Assembly (NCBI GenBank): GCA_041649335.1
Contig: JBAZNF010000001.1
Location: 21,285 to 85,284 of the forward strand
Reading direction: 5' to 3'
DNA from: Patescibacteria group bacterium
GTDB lineage: Bacteria > Patescibacteriota > Patescibacteriia > UBA10025 > JAHIVO01
Length of the DNA stretch: 64,000 nt
The translations under genes were made by a program, and so were the position numbers. The notes below the pieces were generated by a model. It made no database searches. It had not been told where the DNA came from and saw only the letters and a program-made list of their open reading frames with translations. Every line of letters begins with the position of its first letter. The stretch's first letter is position 1. Positions 18,254 through 27,245 of this stretch are shown here, piece by piece.

Positions 18254-20524
18254 CTATTCTTTACTCCCGCCCTCTTTCTCAAATTTACATTCTTTGCTTG
18301 AACAGCGGATCTTGTTGCCGGCGGCATAAATCAGGAGTGACCCGCAGGTCGGGCAGGCCTCGCCGGTCGGTTTTGACCAGAGGGCGTATTTGCAGTCCGG
18401 ATAGCGGTTGCACGAGTAAAATGTCCGTCCTTGCTTTGAGCGTTTGACCACGATATCGCCCTGGCCGCATTGCGGGCATTTGACGCCCGTTTTATTTTCA
18501 ATATTTTTGATGTTTTTGCAGTTTGGGTATCCGGAACATGCCAAGAACGGCCCGAAACGGCCGCGTTTTACTACCATCGGCGAGCCGCATTTGTCGCATT
18601 TTTGGTTGGCAATTTCTTCCGGCGTTTTCTCTGCGACTTGGCCGTTCTGGTCGAGCGGTTTGGTATTGCGGCATTCTGGGTAACCGGTGCAGGCCAGGAA
18701 TTTGCCGAACCGGCTCATTTTTATCACCATCGGTTTGCCGCATTTGTCGCAGACGATATCGGATGCAATTTCAGATTTAGCCACCTCTTCGTGTTTTTTC
18801 ATAAGATTTTCCTTAAACGGTTCATAAAATTCCTTGATAATCGGCACCCATTCCTTCGTACCGCTGGCGATGGCGTCCAGGTCGTTTTCCATGCGAGCCG
18901 TGAATGCGTAATCCATGATGACCGGGAAATGTTCCGTCAGAACGTCACAGACATGGAATCCTATTTCCGTCGGTTTGAGGCGGCTTTGTTCTTTATTGAC
19001 GTAATTGCGTTCGATCAGCGTGGCGATGGTCGGTGCGTACGTTGACGGGCGGCCGATATCCCGTTCCTCCAGGGCATGAACCAGGCCGGCTTCGGAATAC
19101 TGTGCCGGCGGTTCTGTAAAATGTGGGATCGGGTCGATTTTTTTAGCATCCAGAGGCTCTCCGGACTGGACGACCGGCAGGGCGTTTTCTTTTACGGGGT
19201 TGTAAATTTTCATGAAGCCGTCGAATTTTACGGTCGAACCGGTCGAACGGAACGTATACGTATGGGCCGTGTCCTGGATATCGATGGTCATGTTGCTCAT
19301 GATGGCTTCGGGCATTTGGCTGGCCACGGCCCGTTGCCAGATGAGTTCGTATATTTTAAGCTGTTTGGGTTCAAGGAATGACTGTATGGCGTCTGGCGTA
19401 TTGACCACTTCGGTTGGTCGGATGGCTTCGTGGGCTTCCTGGGCCAGTTTTGATTTTGTCTTGAAGCGGCGCGGTTCGGGCAGGGAATACTGTTTGCCGT
19501 ATGATGAATTCAGGAAATCCTTGGATTCATGCAGGAATTTTTCTGACAGGTTGACCGAATCTGTCCGCATGTACGTGATCAAACCTTCGCGGCGGTTATT
19601 GCCAAGGTCGACGCCCTCATACAACTGCTGGGCCAGCATCATGGTTTGCCGGGTTGAGAACCCGAAACGGCGGTTGGCTTCCTGTTGCAGGGTTGAGGTG
19701 GTGAAGGGCGTCGGAGGATTCTTCTTGGATTCTTTCGCCTGTACGTCAGCTACTGTATAGTTCGCGCCTTGGAGTTTTGCCATCAGTGCTTGAGCCTCCT
19801 GACTGTTTTTTATAGCGAATTTTTCGAGGGATTTGTCCTGAATCTTAAATAATTTAGCCTTGATGTCGACGGGATCGTTTTGCCGTTTGTGGAAAATCGC
19901 TTCAATGGTCCAGTATTCCTCCGGTTTGAAGGCGTCAATTTCGCGCTGGCGTTCGACGATCAGGCGCAAAGCCACGGATTGGACGCGCCCGGCGGATAAC
20001 CCTTTGGCCACCTTTTTCCATAGGAACGGCGACAGCTCGTATCCAACCAGTCGGTCAAGTATCCGGCGTGCCTGTTGAGCGTTCACGAGGTGCATTTCCA
20101 GCTGGCGGGGATTTTTTAAGGCCTCAGCGATAGCTTCTTTGGTGATTTCATGGAAGACGATGCGTTCTGACTTGGCGTCGAGCAGGCCGGCGTCGGTGGT
20201 TTTTTTGGCGTTTTTCTTTTCGGTTTTAAATGATTCGATCAGGTGCCAGGAAATTGCCTCCCCTTCGCGGTCTTCGTCAGTCGCGAAATATATCTTGGGA
20301 GCAGCCAAGGCAAGTTTTTTAAGTCTGGTCAGGGTTTTTTGCTTGGTGCGCGGTATGATGTATTGGGGGGCGAAATCATGTTCGATATCCACGCCCATTT
20401 TTGACCGCGGAAGATCCCGGATATGGCCAAAAGACGCCTCAACGTGAAAGGCATTCCCGAGGAAGCGGGAGATGGTTTTTGCCTTGGTTGGTGACTCGAC
20501 GATGATGAGTTCTTTTTTTGCCAT
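18254..20524 (-). CDS. topA: DNA topoisomerase I
   Basis: IVESPTKAKTI, ATDEDREGE, SAGRVQS, ITYMRTD and C-terminal zinc ribbons. Confidence 0.97.
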   Translation of the reverse strand: MAKKELIIVESPTKAKTISRFLGNAFHVEASFGHIRDLPRSKMGVDIEHDFAPQYIIPRTKQKTLTRLKKLALAAPKIYFATDEDREGEAISWHLIESFKTEKKNAKKTTDAGLLDAKSERIVFHEITKEAIAEALKNPRQLEMHLVNAQQARRILDRLVGYELSPFLWKKVAKGLSAGRVQSVALRLIVERQREIDAFKPEEYWTIEAIFHKRQNDPVDIKAKLFKIQDKSLEKFAIKNSQEAQALMAKLQGANYTVADVQAKESKKNPPTPFTTSTLQQEANRRFGFSTRQTMMLAQQLYEGVDLGNNRREGLITYMRTDSVNLSEKFLHESKDFLNSSYGKQYSLPEPRRFKTKSKLAQEAHEAIRPTEVVNTPDAIQSFLEPKQLKIYELIWQRAVASQMPEAIMSNMTIDIQDTAHTYTFRSTGSTVKFDGFMKIYNPVKENALPVVQSGEPLDAKKIDPIPHFTEPPAQYSEAGLVHALEERDIGRPSTYAPTIATLIERNYVNKEQSRLKPTEIGFHVCDVLTEHFPVIMDYAFTARMENDLDAIASGTKEWVPIIKEFYEPFKENLMKKHEEVAKSEIASDIVCDKCGKPMVIKMSRFGKFLACTGYPECRNTKPLDQNGQVAEKTPEEIANQKCDKCGSPMVVKRGRFGPFLACSGYPNCKNIKNIENKTGVKCPQCGQGDIVVKRSKQGRTFYSCNRYPDCKYALWSKPTGEACPTCGSLLIYAAGNKIRCSSKECKFEKEGGSKE

Positions 20525-20594
20525 ATATCGGTAAAAAATGTCAGTCTGTTGTGGGGCCCAGGGCTATGACTGAGCGGTTGGAAATATATTGTAT

Positions 20595-21686
20595 TTATTT
20601 TGAACGGATATAATACATTCCGCCCAGATGACGGACTATCCCTTTTATTTCCATCATGGTCAGTGAAGAATTGATGATACTGGTGTTCAGTTTACACTCT
20701 TGGATAATTTCGTCAATATGTACCGGTTCGCGGCCGATGCAGGACAGCAATTTTTCTTCCTCTGGTGAAGCAGGGAGGATGACGGAATTTTTATAGTACT
20801 GTTCGGCCATTTCCAGGTCCACTGCGGTCAGTATATCATCAGCCGAGGTGACGGCTTTTGCACCCATTTTAATGAGATTATTTGGCCCGGCGGATGAAGG
20901 TGACGTGATATTGCCCGGTATGGCCAGAACGTCTCGGTTCTGGTCGATGGCGCACCGCGCGGTAATGAGCGAACCGGAATTTTCACCGCCTTCTATAACA
21001 AGTACGCCGCGGGACAGTCCGGAAATGATCCTGTTACGGGCCGGGAAGTGCTGGCGGAGCGGCTTGGTCCCGGGTGGGTATTCGGAAACCAAGCACCCGC
21101 CGGTGGCGATGATTTTCTCAGCCAGTAGGCGGTTTGCGAGCGGATACAGTACGTCCAGACCGCAACCAAGAACGGCTATGGTCTTTCCGCCCACATCAAC
21201 AGCTGCCTGGTGGGCTAGCGTGTCAATGCCAAGCGCCAATCCGGACACGATTACTACCCCGGTCCGGGCGATCGTACCGATCAGATCCGGAGTGACCATC
21301 CTCCCGTAAGCCGATGTTTTACGCGTTCCGACAACCGCTAAGCCCAGATCCAGGTTAGCGGGTAATCGCCCTCTATAATATAGAAGGGCAGGCGGCGAAT
21401 GGATTTCTTTGAGCCGGCGCGGATAATTGGGGTCTTGTATCGTAACTACAGAAATACCGGACTGTTCGATCTTTTCCAGAAATTTTTCGGGTCGGATGGA
21501 GCCCCGGCTTTCGCAAATTATTGACGCATCCTTTTCTCCCAGTCCGGCCCGTCTCAATTCTGGCGACGTGGCCCGCCAAGCTGTTTTCATATTTGGGAAA
21601 TTTTCGGCCAGTTTAATGATTTTCTGGGGGCCGATAGAGTCGATTGAGGAGAACGCCATCCAGTAGATTAGCTCATTTTTTTCCAT
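20595..21686 (-). CDS. dprA: DNA-processing protein DprA
   Basis: VVGTRK, VSGLALGID, FPARNRIISGLS and SGSLITA. Confidence 0.95.
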   Translation of the reverse strand: MEKNELIYWMAFSSIDSIGPQKIIKLAENFPNMKTAWRATSPELRRAGLGEKDASIICESRGSIRPEKFLEKIEQSGISVVTIQDPNYPRRLKEIHSPPALLYYRGRLPANLDLGLAVVGTRKTSAYGRMVTPDLIGTIARTGVVIVSGLALGIDTLAHQAAVDVGGKTIAVLGCGLDVLYPLANRLLAEKIIATGGCLVSEYPPGTKPLRQHFPARNRIISGLSRGVLVIEGGENSGSLITARCAIDQNRDVLAIPGNITSPSSAGPNNLIKMGAKAVTSADDILTAVDLEMAEQYYKNSVILPASPEEEKLLSCIGREPVHIDEIIQECKLNTSIINSSLTMMEIKGIVRHLGGMYYIRSK

Positions 21687-21839
21687 AAAAAATAGACCTT
21701 ACGTCGCCGGGGAAGGTCTGAATAGTATTGTAGGGCATTGAAGTCTGATTGGCAAGCAGCTTGACATGCCAGCCCGAGATGATACTATACTGACTTGTCA
21801 GTCTGCGATACTATTGCCCTTTAATAGATTGGAGCTTCT

Positions 21840-22037
21840 ATGTTGCGGGTGTTATGTATTAAGTTGCTTTTCGTCATTGCTACGTTCCTCGGATTATTAT
21901 TTGGCCTGCTAGCCACTGTCGTTTATGGGTGGACCTTGCCAATCGTTTGGCGGAAAGCACGAACTCCGAAATGGAGGTGCGTTCATGTCGACACGGATGC
22001 GTTGCCCAATGTGCCGGGCGTCCATGTACAAAGATGA
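21840..22037 (+). CDS. Small membrane hypothetical protein
   Basis: GGAG RBS, hydrophobic N-terminus, upstream TTGACA/TA(C)TAT promoter at 21761-21791. Confidence 0.4.
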   Translation: MLRVLCIKLLFVIATFLGLLFGLLATVVYGWTLPIVWRKARTPKWRCVHVDTDALPNVPGVHVQR

Positions 22038-22179
22038 CCCTGAGTGTCCCGAATGCGGCTGGGAAAACGAGAAGGAGATGAGTCGCCAGGACCAGGTACG
22101 TCGCGAAATGACGAAGACTAAGCGCGACAGGGGTCGGGCGGGACCTTCAGGGCCGTACCCGGACACAAAAAAGCGGTGA
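21985..22179 (+). CDS. Small zinc-ribbon protein
   Basis: GGAGG RBS, CPMC...CPECG and a basic tail. Confidence 0.6.
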   Translation: MSTRMRCPMCRASMYKDDPECPECGWENEKEMSRQDQVRREMTKTKRDRGRAGPSGPYPDTKKR

Positions 22180-22218
22180 GTATGTTCACCATTCGTACTG
22201 AGCGTCAATAACGGCGCT

Positions 22219-25200
22219 CTATTTTTTTGTCTGATTCACCGGGCACTGGAACAACTGGATAACTTTTTTCAGCTCATTGAGCCAGTTATCGCCGAGTTTG
22301 ATCAGGTCGATTTTTATGGAATCGTCGGTAAATTGCCAGTCAGGGTTTTTTTGCAGCAGACGGGCCAGCTGCTCAGCCTTCAGTGGAAAGAGGAATTTTA
22401 TAATGAGTTTTTGGATTTTATGGCCAAATTGGTCAGTTGACCAGGTTGTATCGATATGTGAAATGTCCGTCTTTTGCGCCAGGATCCGGATGGTCAGGAT
22501 CTCGAAGAGGTTCAACAGCTGCTTTGGGAAGTATTTTTGTTCTTCACGGGTCCGCGAACGGATCATTTTGTCGCGCATCTCCTCCAATTCCTTCATGTTC
22601 ATGATTCCGGCCAATTGCTGGTACAGGATCAGCCGTTCTTCTTCCGGCAGGAATTCCTGGGGGATATACGCTTCCATCGGCAGATCGATCAGGATGTCGC
22701 GTACAGGCTCCTGGATTTTGCCAAATTTCAGTTCTTCAATAGCCTGAGCCAGGAGTCGCGTGTATAATGAGAGCCCGATAGCCGACACTTTTCCGTGCTG
22801 CTCTTTGCCGAGGATATTGCCGGCTCCGCGGATTTCCAGGTCGCGCAGCGCTAGCTGGAAACCGCTGCCGAGTTTTTTCGCTTCCATGAGCGCTTGTAGG
22901 CGTTTTTTCGCGTTACCTTTGAGCTTTTTCCGGTGGTAGAGGAAATAGGCGTGTGCCTGACGGCTGCCCCGGCCGATCCGTCCGCGTAATTGGTACAGCT
23001 GGGCCAAGCCAAAATTGGTCGCATTATCAACGATCAGCGTATTGACATTCGGTAGATCGAGTCCGTTTTCAATGATCGTCGAACAGACCAGGATGTTCGT
23101 CTTGCCGGTGTCAAAATCCGCCATCGCTTTTGCCAGATCTTTTTCCGGCAACCGCCCGTGGGCGATGCCGATCCGGCTGCCTGTGATCATGTCGCTGATC
23201 TCCTTGGCGGCGAAAGCGATGGTTTCCACCTTATTGTGGAGATAATAGACCTGTCCGCCCCGTTTCAGTTCTTCGGTGATAGCCTGTTGAACCTGTTCTT
23301 TGGAGTACGGTTCGATCAGCGTATTGATCGGCAAACGGCCTTCTGGTGGTGTTTCGATGATACTGACGTCGCGGACGCCGGACAAGGCGATATTGAGGGT
23401 GCGGGGGATGGGCGTAGCCGTCAGTGTCAAAATGTGGGATTGTGTGCGAAGCGCCTTGAGCCGTTCCTTGGCCTTGACCCCAAAACGCTGCTCCTCGTCG
23501 ATGATGATCAGTCCGAGGTTTTTGAAGCTGACGTCGCTGGACAGCAGCCGGTGGGTGCCGACGACGATATCGACGGCGTTGCTTTTCAATTTGGCGATGG
23601 TTTGCTGCTGTTCTTTTGCCGATTCAAATCGGGAGAGTATGCCGAGGGAAACCGAGAATTTTTTCAGACGCTCGCTGAAGGTGTCGTAGTGCTGTTGGGT
23701 CAGGATGGTGGTAGGCGAGAGCAGGGCAACCTGCTTGTTGTTCATGACTGCCTTAAATGCCGCCCGAACAGCCACTTCCGTTTTCCCAAAACCGACATCT
23801 CCGCATATGAGGCGGTCCATCGGTGTTTCGCCTGTCAAGTCGGCCTCGACGTCACTAATGGCCTTCCCCTGGTCGGGAGTTTCCTTGTAGGGGAATGTTT
23901 TTGCCAATTCAATTTCTTCCGGTGTTTGTGCGTTCCACGCTTTGACCTTTATCAATTCGCGCTTAGCGTAAATTTTCAACAATTCCTGGGCCAGAATTTT
24001 TGCTTCCTGTTTTACCTTGCGGGTCAGCTGGTACCATTGGCCACCGGAGAGACGGTGCAGTTTCGGATGGGCGATGCCGATATATTTAGAGATTTTATCC
24101 GCCGTTTCTACCGGTACGTAGAGTTTATCGCCTTCGGCATACTGGAGGACAAAGTATTCCCGCGTGATGTTTTCAACGATATTTTTATTCATACCTACGA
24201 ACCGGCCGATGCCGTGGTCCAAGTGCACGATATAGTCACCGGGTTGCATGCCCATGATGAGGGCCTGGTCGACCCGGTGCCGTGGGGTTTCCTGGCGCAG
24301 GTTTTGTTCTCCGAAAATGTCCCGGTCGGTAAGCAGTTGCAATTTTCCCCGGTCGCTGCGAAACCCTTCCAGTTCATGGGTATACGGCCACCACGCGATG
24401 GGTATGTCGGCGGCCTTTTTTTCTTTCAGCATCTGTTGGAGTTCTTTGGGCCGGTTGGACGCGATGGCTAATTGCCAATTTGATTTATGGGCTTCCCTCA
24501 GGTCAGCGACCAGCTTGGTATAGTTTTGCCGGTAAACGGGCGCGTATTCGAAGTGGAGGTGTATTCCGCTTTTTTGGAAATCATGGAATATCATCCTCTG
24601 GTAATCGGCGAGTTTCTGCTCAAACGTATGCCAGGTCGGCAATTCTCCGGACGCCTCCTCCTGGTCCCGGTAGATGATGAGCGGGTTATGGATGGCCTCC
24701 AGGTAGGTCGTAAAAGTGGTCCGGCCGGAGTTCGGCCGGAATTTTGTCGCTACGATCTGGCATGATTTCATCGGTTCGCCGACCCGTTTGGTAACAGGGT
24801 TGAAAGCGTGCAGGCTGATGATTTGCCGGTCAGAAAACTCAAGCCTAATGGGCCGATCCAGGTTAATCGGGTAGATGTCCACAACGCCGCCCCGTCGTGC
24901 GAAAAATCCGCTTTGGCTGGCCTGGCCGGTGAAATCGTAATTGAAATCTATGAGTTTTTGTGAGAGGGAGGAGGGGGTGCAATTATCGCCGACAGCGAGG
25001 GTCATGACGTGCTGGCCGTTTGAATTAAGCGCGGGCAGTTTTTCGATCAGTTGGCGGTATCCCGCCACGATAACCTGCGGTTCCAGTTCGGCCAGTTTCT
25101 GTGCACGAAGGGGATTGATGTCCTCAAGCTTCCAGACGGGGACGTTTATTTTGAAAATTTTATGCCAATACGAAATTAGCCTCTCGACCGTATTAAGTTC

Positions 25201-25383
25201 GGGCGCCGTGGCCAGCCATAAAATCACCCGTTCGGAAATGAATGGATGAATGGTCACGTAATAGGTTTGGGCCGCGAGATGCGGGAGCCCGGCTAGGTTG
25301 ACGGTTTTCTTGGTTTGCAGCTGTTCGGTGGATTCTTTGACAAAGTCGGGCAGGCCAGCGTGGCTGGACTGGGTGACAGGCAC
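22219..25383 (-). CDS. mfd: Transcription-repair coupling factor Mfd
   Basis: RRGGVVDIYP, CarD-like RID (VHLDHGIG), CGDVGFGKTEVA, DEEQRFG, QLRGRIGR and TRCF domain. Confidence 0.95.
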   Translation of the reverse strand: MPVTQSSHAGLPDFVKESTEQLQTKKTVNLAGLPHLAAQTYYVTIHPFISERVILWLATAPELNTVERLISYWHKIFKINVPVWKLEDINPLRAQKLAELEPQVIVAGYRQLIEKLPALNSNGQHVMTLAVGDNCTPSSLSQKLIDFNYDFTGQASQSGFFARRGGVVDIYPINLDRPIRLEFSDRQIISLHAFNPVTKRVGEPMKSCQIVATKFRPNSGRTTFTTYLEAIHNPLIIYRDQEEASGELPTWHTFEQKLADYQRMIFHDFQKSGIHLHFEYAPVYRQNYTKLVADLREAHKSNWQLAIASNRPKELQQMLKEKKAADIPIAWWPYTHELEGFRSDRGKLQLLTDRDIFGEQNLRQETPRHRVDQALIMGMQPGDYIVHLDHGIGRFVGMNKNIVENITREYFVLQYAEGDKLYVPVETADKISKYIGIAHPKLHRLSGGQWYQLTRKVKQEAKILAQELLKIYAKRELIKVKAWNAQTPEEIELAKTFPYKETPDQGKAISDVEADLTGETPMDRLICGDVGFGKTEVAVRAAFKAVMNNKQVALLSPTTILTQQHYDTFSERLKKFSVSLGILSRFESAKEQQQTIAKLKSNAVDIVVGTHRLLSSDVSFKNLGLIIIDEEQRFGVKAKERLKALRTQSHILTLTATPIPRTLNIALSGVRDVSIIETPPEGRLPINTLIEPYSKEQVQQAITEELKRGGQVYYLHNKVETIAFAAKEISDMITGSRIGIAHGRLPEKDLAKAMADFDTGKTNILVCSTIIENGLDLPNVNTLIVDNATNFGLAQLYQLRGRIGRGSRQAHAYFLYHRKKLKGNAKKRLQALMEAKKLGSGFQLALRDLEIRGAGNILGKEQHGKVSAIGLSLYTRLLAQAIEELKFGKIQEPVRDILIDLPMEAYIPQEFLPEEERLILYQQLAGIMNMKELEEMRDKMIRSRTREEQKYFPKQLLNLFEILTIRILAQKTDISHIDTTWSTDQFGHKIQKLIIKFLFPLKAEQLARLLQKNPDWQFTDDSIKIDLIKLGDNWLNELKKVIQLFQCPVNQTKK

Positions 25384-25452
25384 AGATTTGATTTAATAAT
25401 GTGAAGCGCCGATGAACGGCAAAGTCCACTCCCCGGCAGGCGTTCTGTGGCC

Positions 25453-25481
25453 TTGACAGGGGTGGTTTGGTCTGCTACTAT
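25453..25481 (+). promoter_or_regulatory. Sigma70 promoter pointing into a non-coding structured region
   Basis: TTGACA (25453-25458)-17 bp-TACTAT (25476-25481), with TG upstream of the -10. Confidence 0.65.
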
Positions 25482-25487
25482 TCTATA

Positions 25488-25665
25488 TTAACGCATTTTT
25501 ATAACTTTGGCAAGTGGAAAACTATTGAAAAACCCAGTTTTCTGCCGACCCAAGCGGTGATGACGAGACAACCCCTCCTAACGTTTCGTTAGTAACCTTA
25601 AGTTAAGGTATTGCAGATTTTTCTGTGAAACCTTGCGCTTGGCGGCAGTAAAGTGGGTTTTTTTT
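25488..25665 (+). ncRNA. Candidate structured non-coding RNA of unknown class
   Basis: Nested complementarity AAAAACCCA/TGGGTTTTT, CTGCCG/CGGCAG and CCAAGCG/CGCTTGG encloses three hairpins; upstream promoter and terminal U-tract. Confidence 0.5.
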
Positions 25666-25880
25666 AATCCATGAGGAGACACCTTACGGTTTCTCCTCAG
25701 CACTTCTCTTCCCTCAGTTGTATCCCTCATCCTGGAGTAAATCCAGGATTCAGGATGATTAATTTGGATTTTAGTATATGGTCGCGCTAGGCCTCGTGTC
25801 CGATTGCCTTGTGGTAGCACAGCGGGTGGGGCGTCATCAACTTTTCGTAATGATGAGGATTGGCATGGTTGAGAAGAAAT

Positions 25881-25907
25881 AAAAAACCGGGTCAGGGGAG
25901 ACCCGGG
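25881..25907 (-). terminator. Intrinsic terminator of 25926..26105
   Basis: CCGGGTC-tcccct-GACCCGG then TTTTTT on the minus strand. Confidence 0.65.
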
Positions 25908-25925
25908 ATATCTGAAAATTCAGGC

Positions 25926-26105
25926 TTAATTTGGCCAAGAGATACGGTGAGTCTTGCCGCCATGCTGGAATGAAACCCCAAATGCGTCAGATTTTGTGAT
26001 TACCGGCGCTATCCCGTTGGTAATCGATTTGACGGGCGTCCCGTTCAAAACGATATCCCAGCCGGCACCGCTCGTAGACGGGCGCACTTCAATTTTGTGA
26101 GCCAT
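25926..26105 (-). CDS. Hypothetical 59-aa protein
   Basis: GGAGG RBS, promoter TTGACA (26171-26176)/TATACT (26149-26154) and terminator. Confidence 0.65.
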   Translation of the reverse strand: MAHKIEVRPSTSGAGWDIVLNGTPVKSITNGIAPVITKSDAFGVSFQHGGKTHRISWPN

Positions 26106-26179
26106 GAAATCCTCCATGATAAAAAAAGAGCCTAGCTAATGATCCGCTAGTATAGCAATGCGTCTGTTGGTGTCAAGCG

Positions 26180-27241
26180 TTAGTTTGCGTATTTGACTTT
26201 CAGCGCCAATCCGATGGCCACGGCCATTTGCGGCGCAATTTTTTCCAGTTCCGGCGCCAACTCAGCATGAGCGCGTATGCTTTGCCAGGGGTCGCCGGCC
26301 TCCACGGTAATTTTCATATGCAGCTGGATATAGTGGCTCAGGTTTTTTATCCGGCTGCATCCGCCGACGATTATGATCCTGTCCAGCGGCTGGCCGCCAC
26401 CGGCGGTATACGTATTGAGTACCCGGGATAATTCCTGGAGGATGAGGTTGTCGATGACAAAAGTGATCGCCTGATGAACGGGGTGCGTGGATTGACCGGT
26501 TAACGGTAAGCCGATGTCATCGCGGAATTGGTCCGCCCGTTCAACGGAAATATTCATGGCATTGGCGATATTACGGCTGATGGCCTCGCCGCCGATATCG
26601 ATGTTTCTGGTGACAACAGGCAAGCCCTGGTCAAAAATGGTGACATTTGAGGTTGTGGCGCCGATATCAAGCAGGAGATGGCAGCCGTGCGCGATCGGCA
26701 GCAACGAACGCCGTAGCGCGGTGGCTTCGGTTTCCAATCCGACCAGTTGGAGGTTTGCCGACCGGAAAATATCCATATACCCTTTTATCACGTCTGTGGG
26801 AGCGGCCGTCATGATGATGGTAATTTTTTCGGCTGAGCCGTCACCGGTTGTGGGGGTGGTTACTGGGTGCCAGTCAATCGACATCTTATCCAGGGGCAGG
26901 GGGACCATTTTTTTTGCTTCCCAGCGGATCGCGTCGTCGATTTCTTTTTTTGGCATGGGCGGCATTGTGACGACAGTCGTAAAAACGTTGACGGCAGGCA
27001 GGGCGGCTACTACGCGTTTTGTCGTGACCCGTGATTCCTTCATGACGTGGACCAGCTGTTCGACGGTGGTCTGGCGGTTGCGGACGGCGTCAGTCTTGAC
27101 CGTTACTCTGTTCTTGATTCCCAGGCCGTACGTTATCAGCTCGACCGTTCCTGCACGATTGGCCAGTTCGACGATTTTTATTGCTCCCGACCCGAAGTCG
27201 ATGCCGACCAGATTTTCATTTTTTTTGGTGATGAATGGCAT
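26180..27241 (-). CDS. pilM: Type IV pilus assembly protein PilM
   Basis: VGIDFGSGAIKIVEL, LDIGATTS and AVAIGLAL actin-like motifs. Confidence 0.9.
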   Translation of the reverse strand: MPFITKKNENLVGIDFGSGAIKIVELANRAGTVELITYGLGIKNRVTVKTDAVRNRQTTVEQLVHVMKESRVTTKRVVAALPAVNVFTTVVTMPPMPKKEIDDAIRWEAKKMVPLPLDKMSIDWHPVTTPTTGDGSAEKITIIMTAAPTDVIKGYMDIFRSANLQLVGLETEATALRRSLLPIAHGCHLLLDIGATTSNVTIFDQGLPVVTRNIDIGGEAISRNIANAMNISVERADQFRDDIGLPLTGQSTHPVHQAITFVIDNLILQELSRVLNTYTAGGGQPLDRIIIVGGCSRIKNLSHYIQLHMKITVEAGDPWQSIRAHAELAPELEKIAPQMAVAIGLALKVKYAN

Positions 27242-27245
27242 ACGG

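Noticed and set aside
23158-24471. 437-aa plus-strand ORF
   Set aside because: Antisense shadow of the mfd helicase core
25415-25430. GGCAAAGTCC resembling the RNase P GAGGAAAGUCC motif
   Set aside because: The match is imperfect and no partner P4 strand or other RNase P elements are visible
25555-25632. TGATGA...GAAA as a hammerhead ribozyme core
   Set aside because: The core reads GTGATGA rather than CTGATGA and the stem geometry does not fit
25578-25820. 80-aa minus-strand ORF as a protein gene
   Set aside because: GTG start without RBS or motif; the region is better explained by nested RNA pairings, though the ORF is not fully excluded
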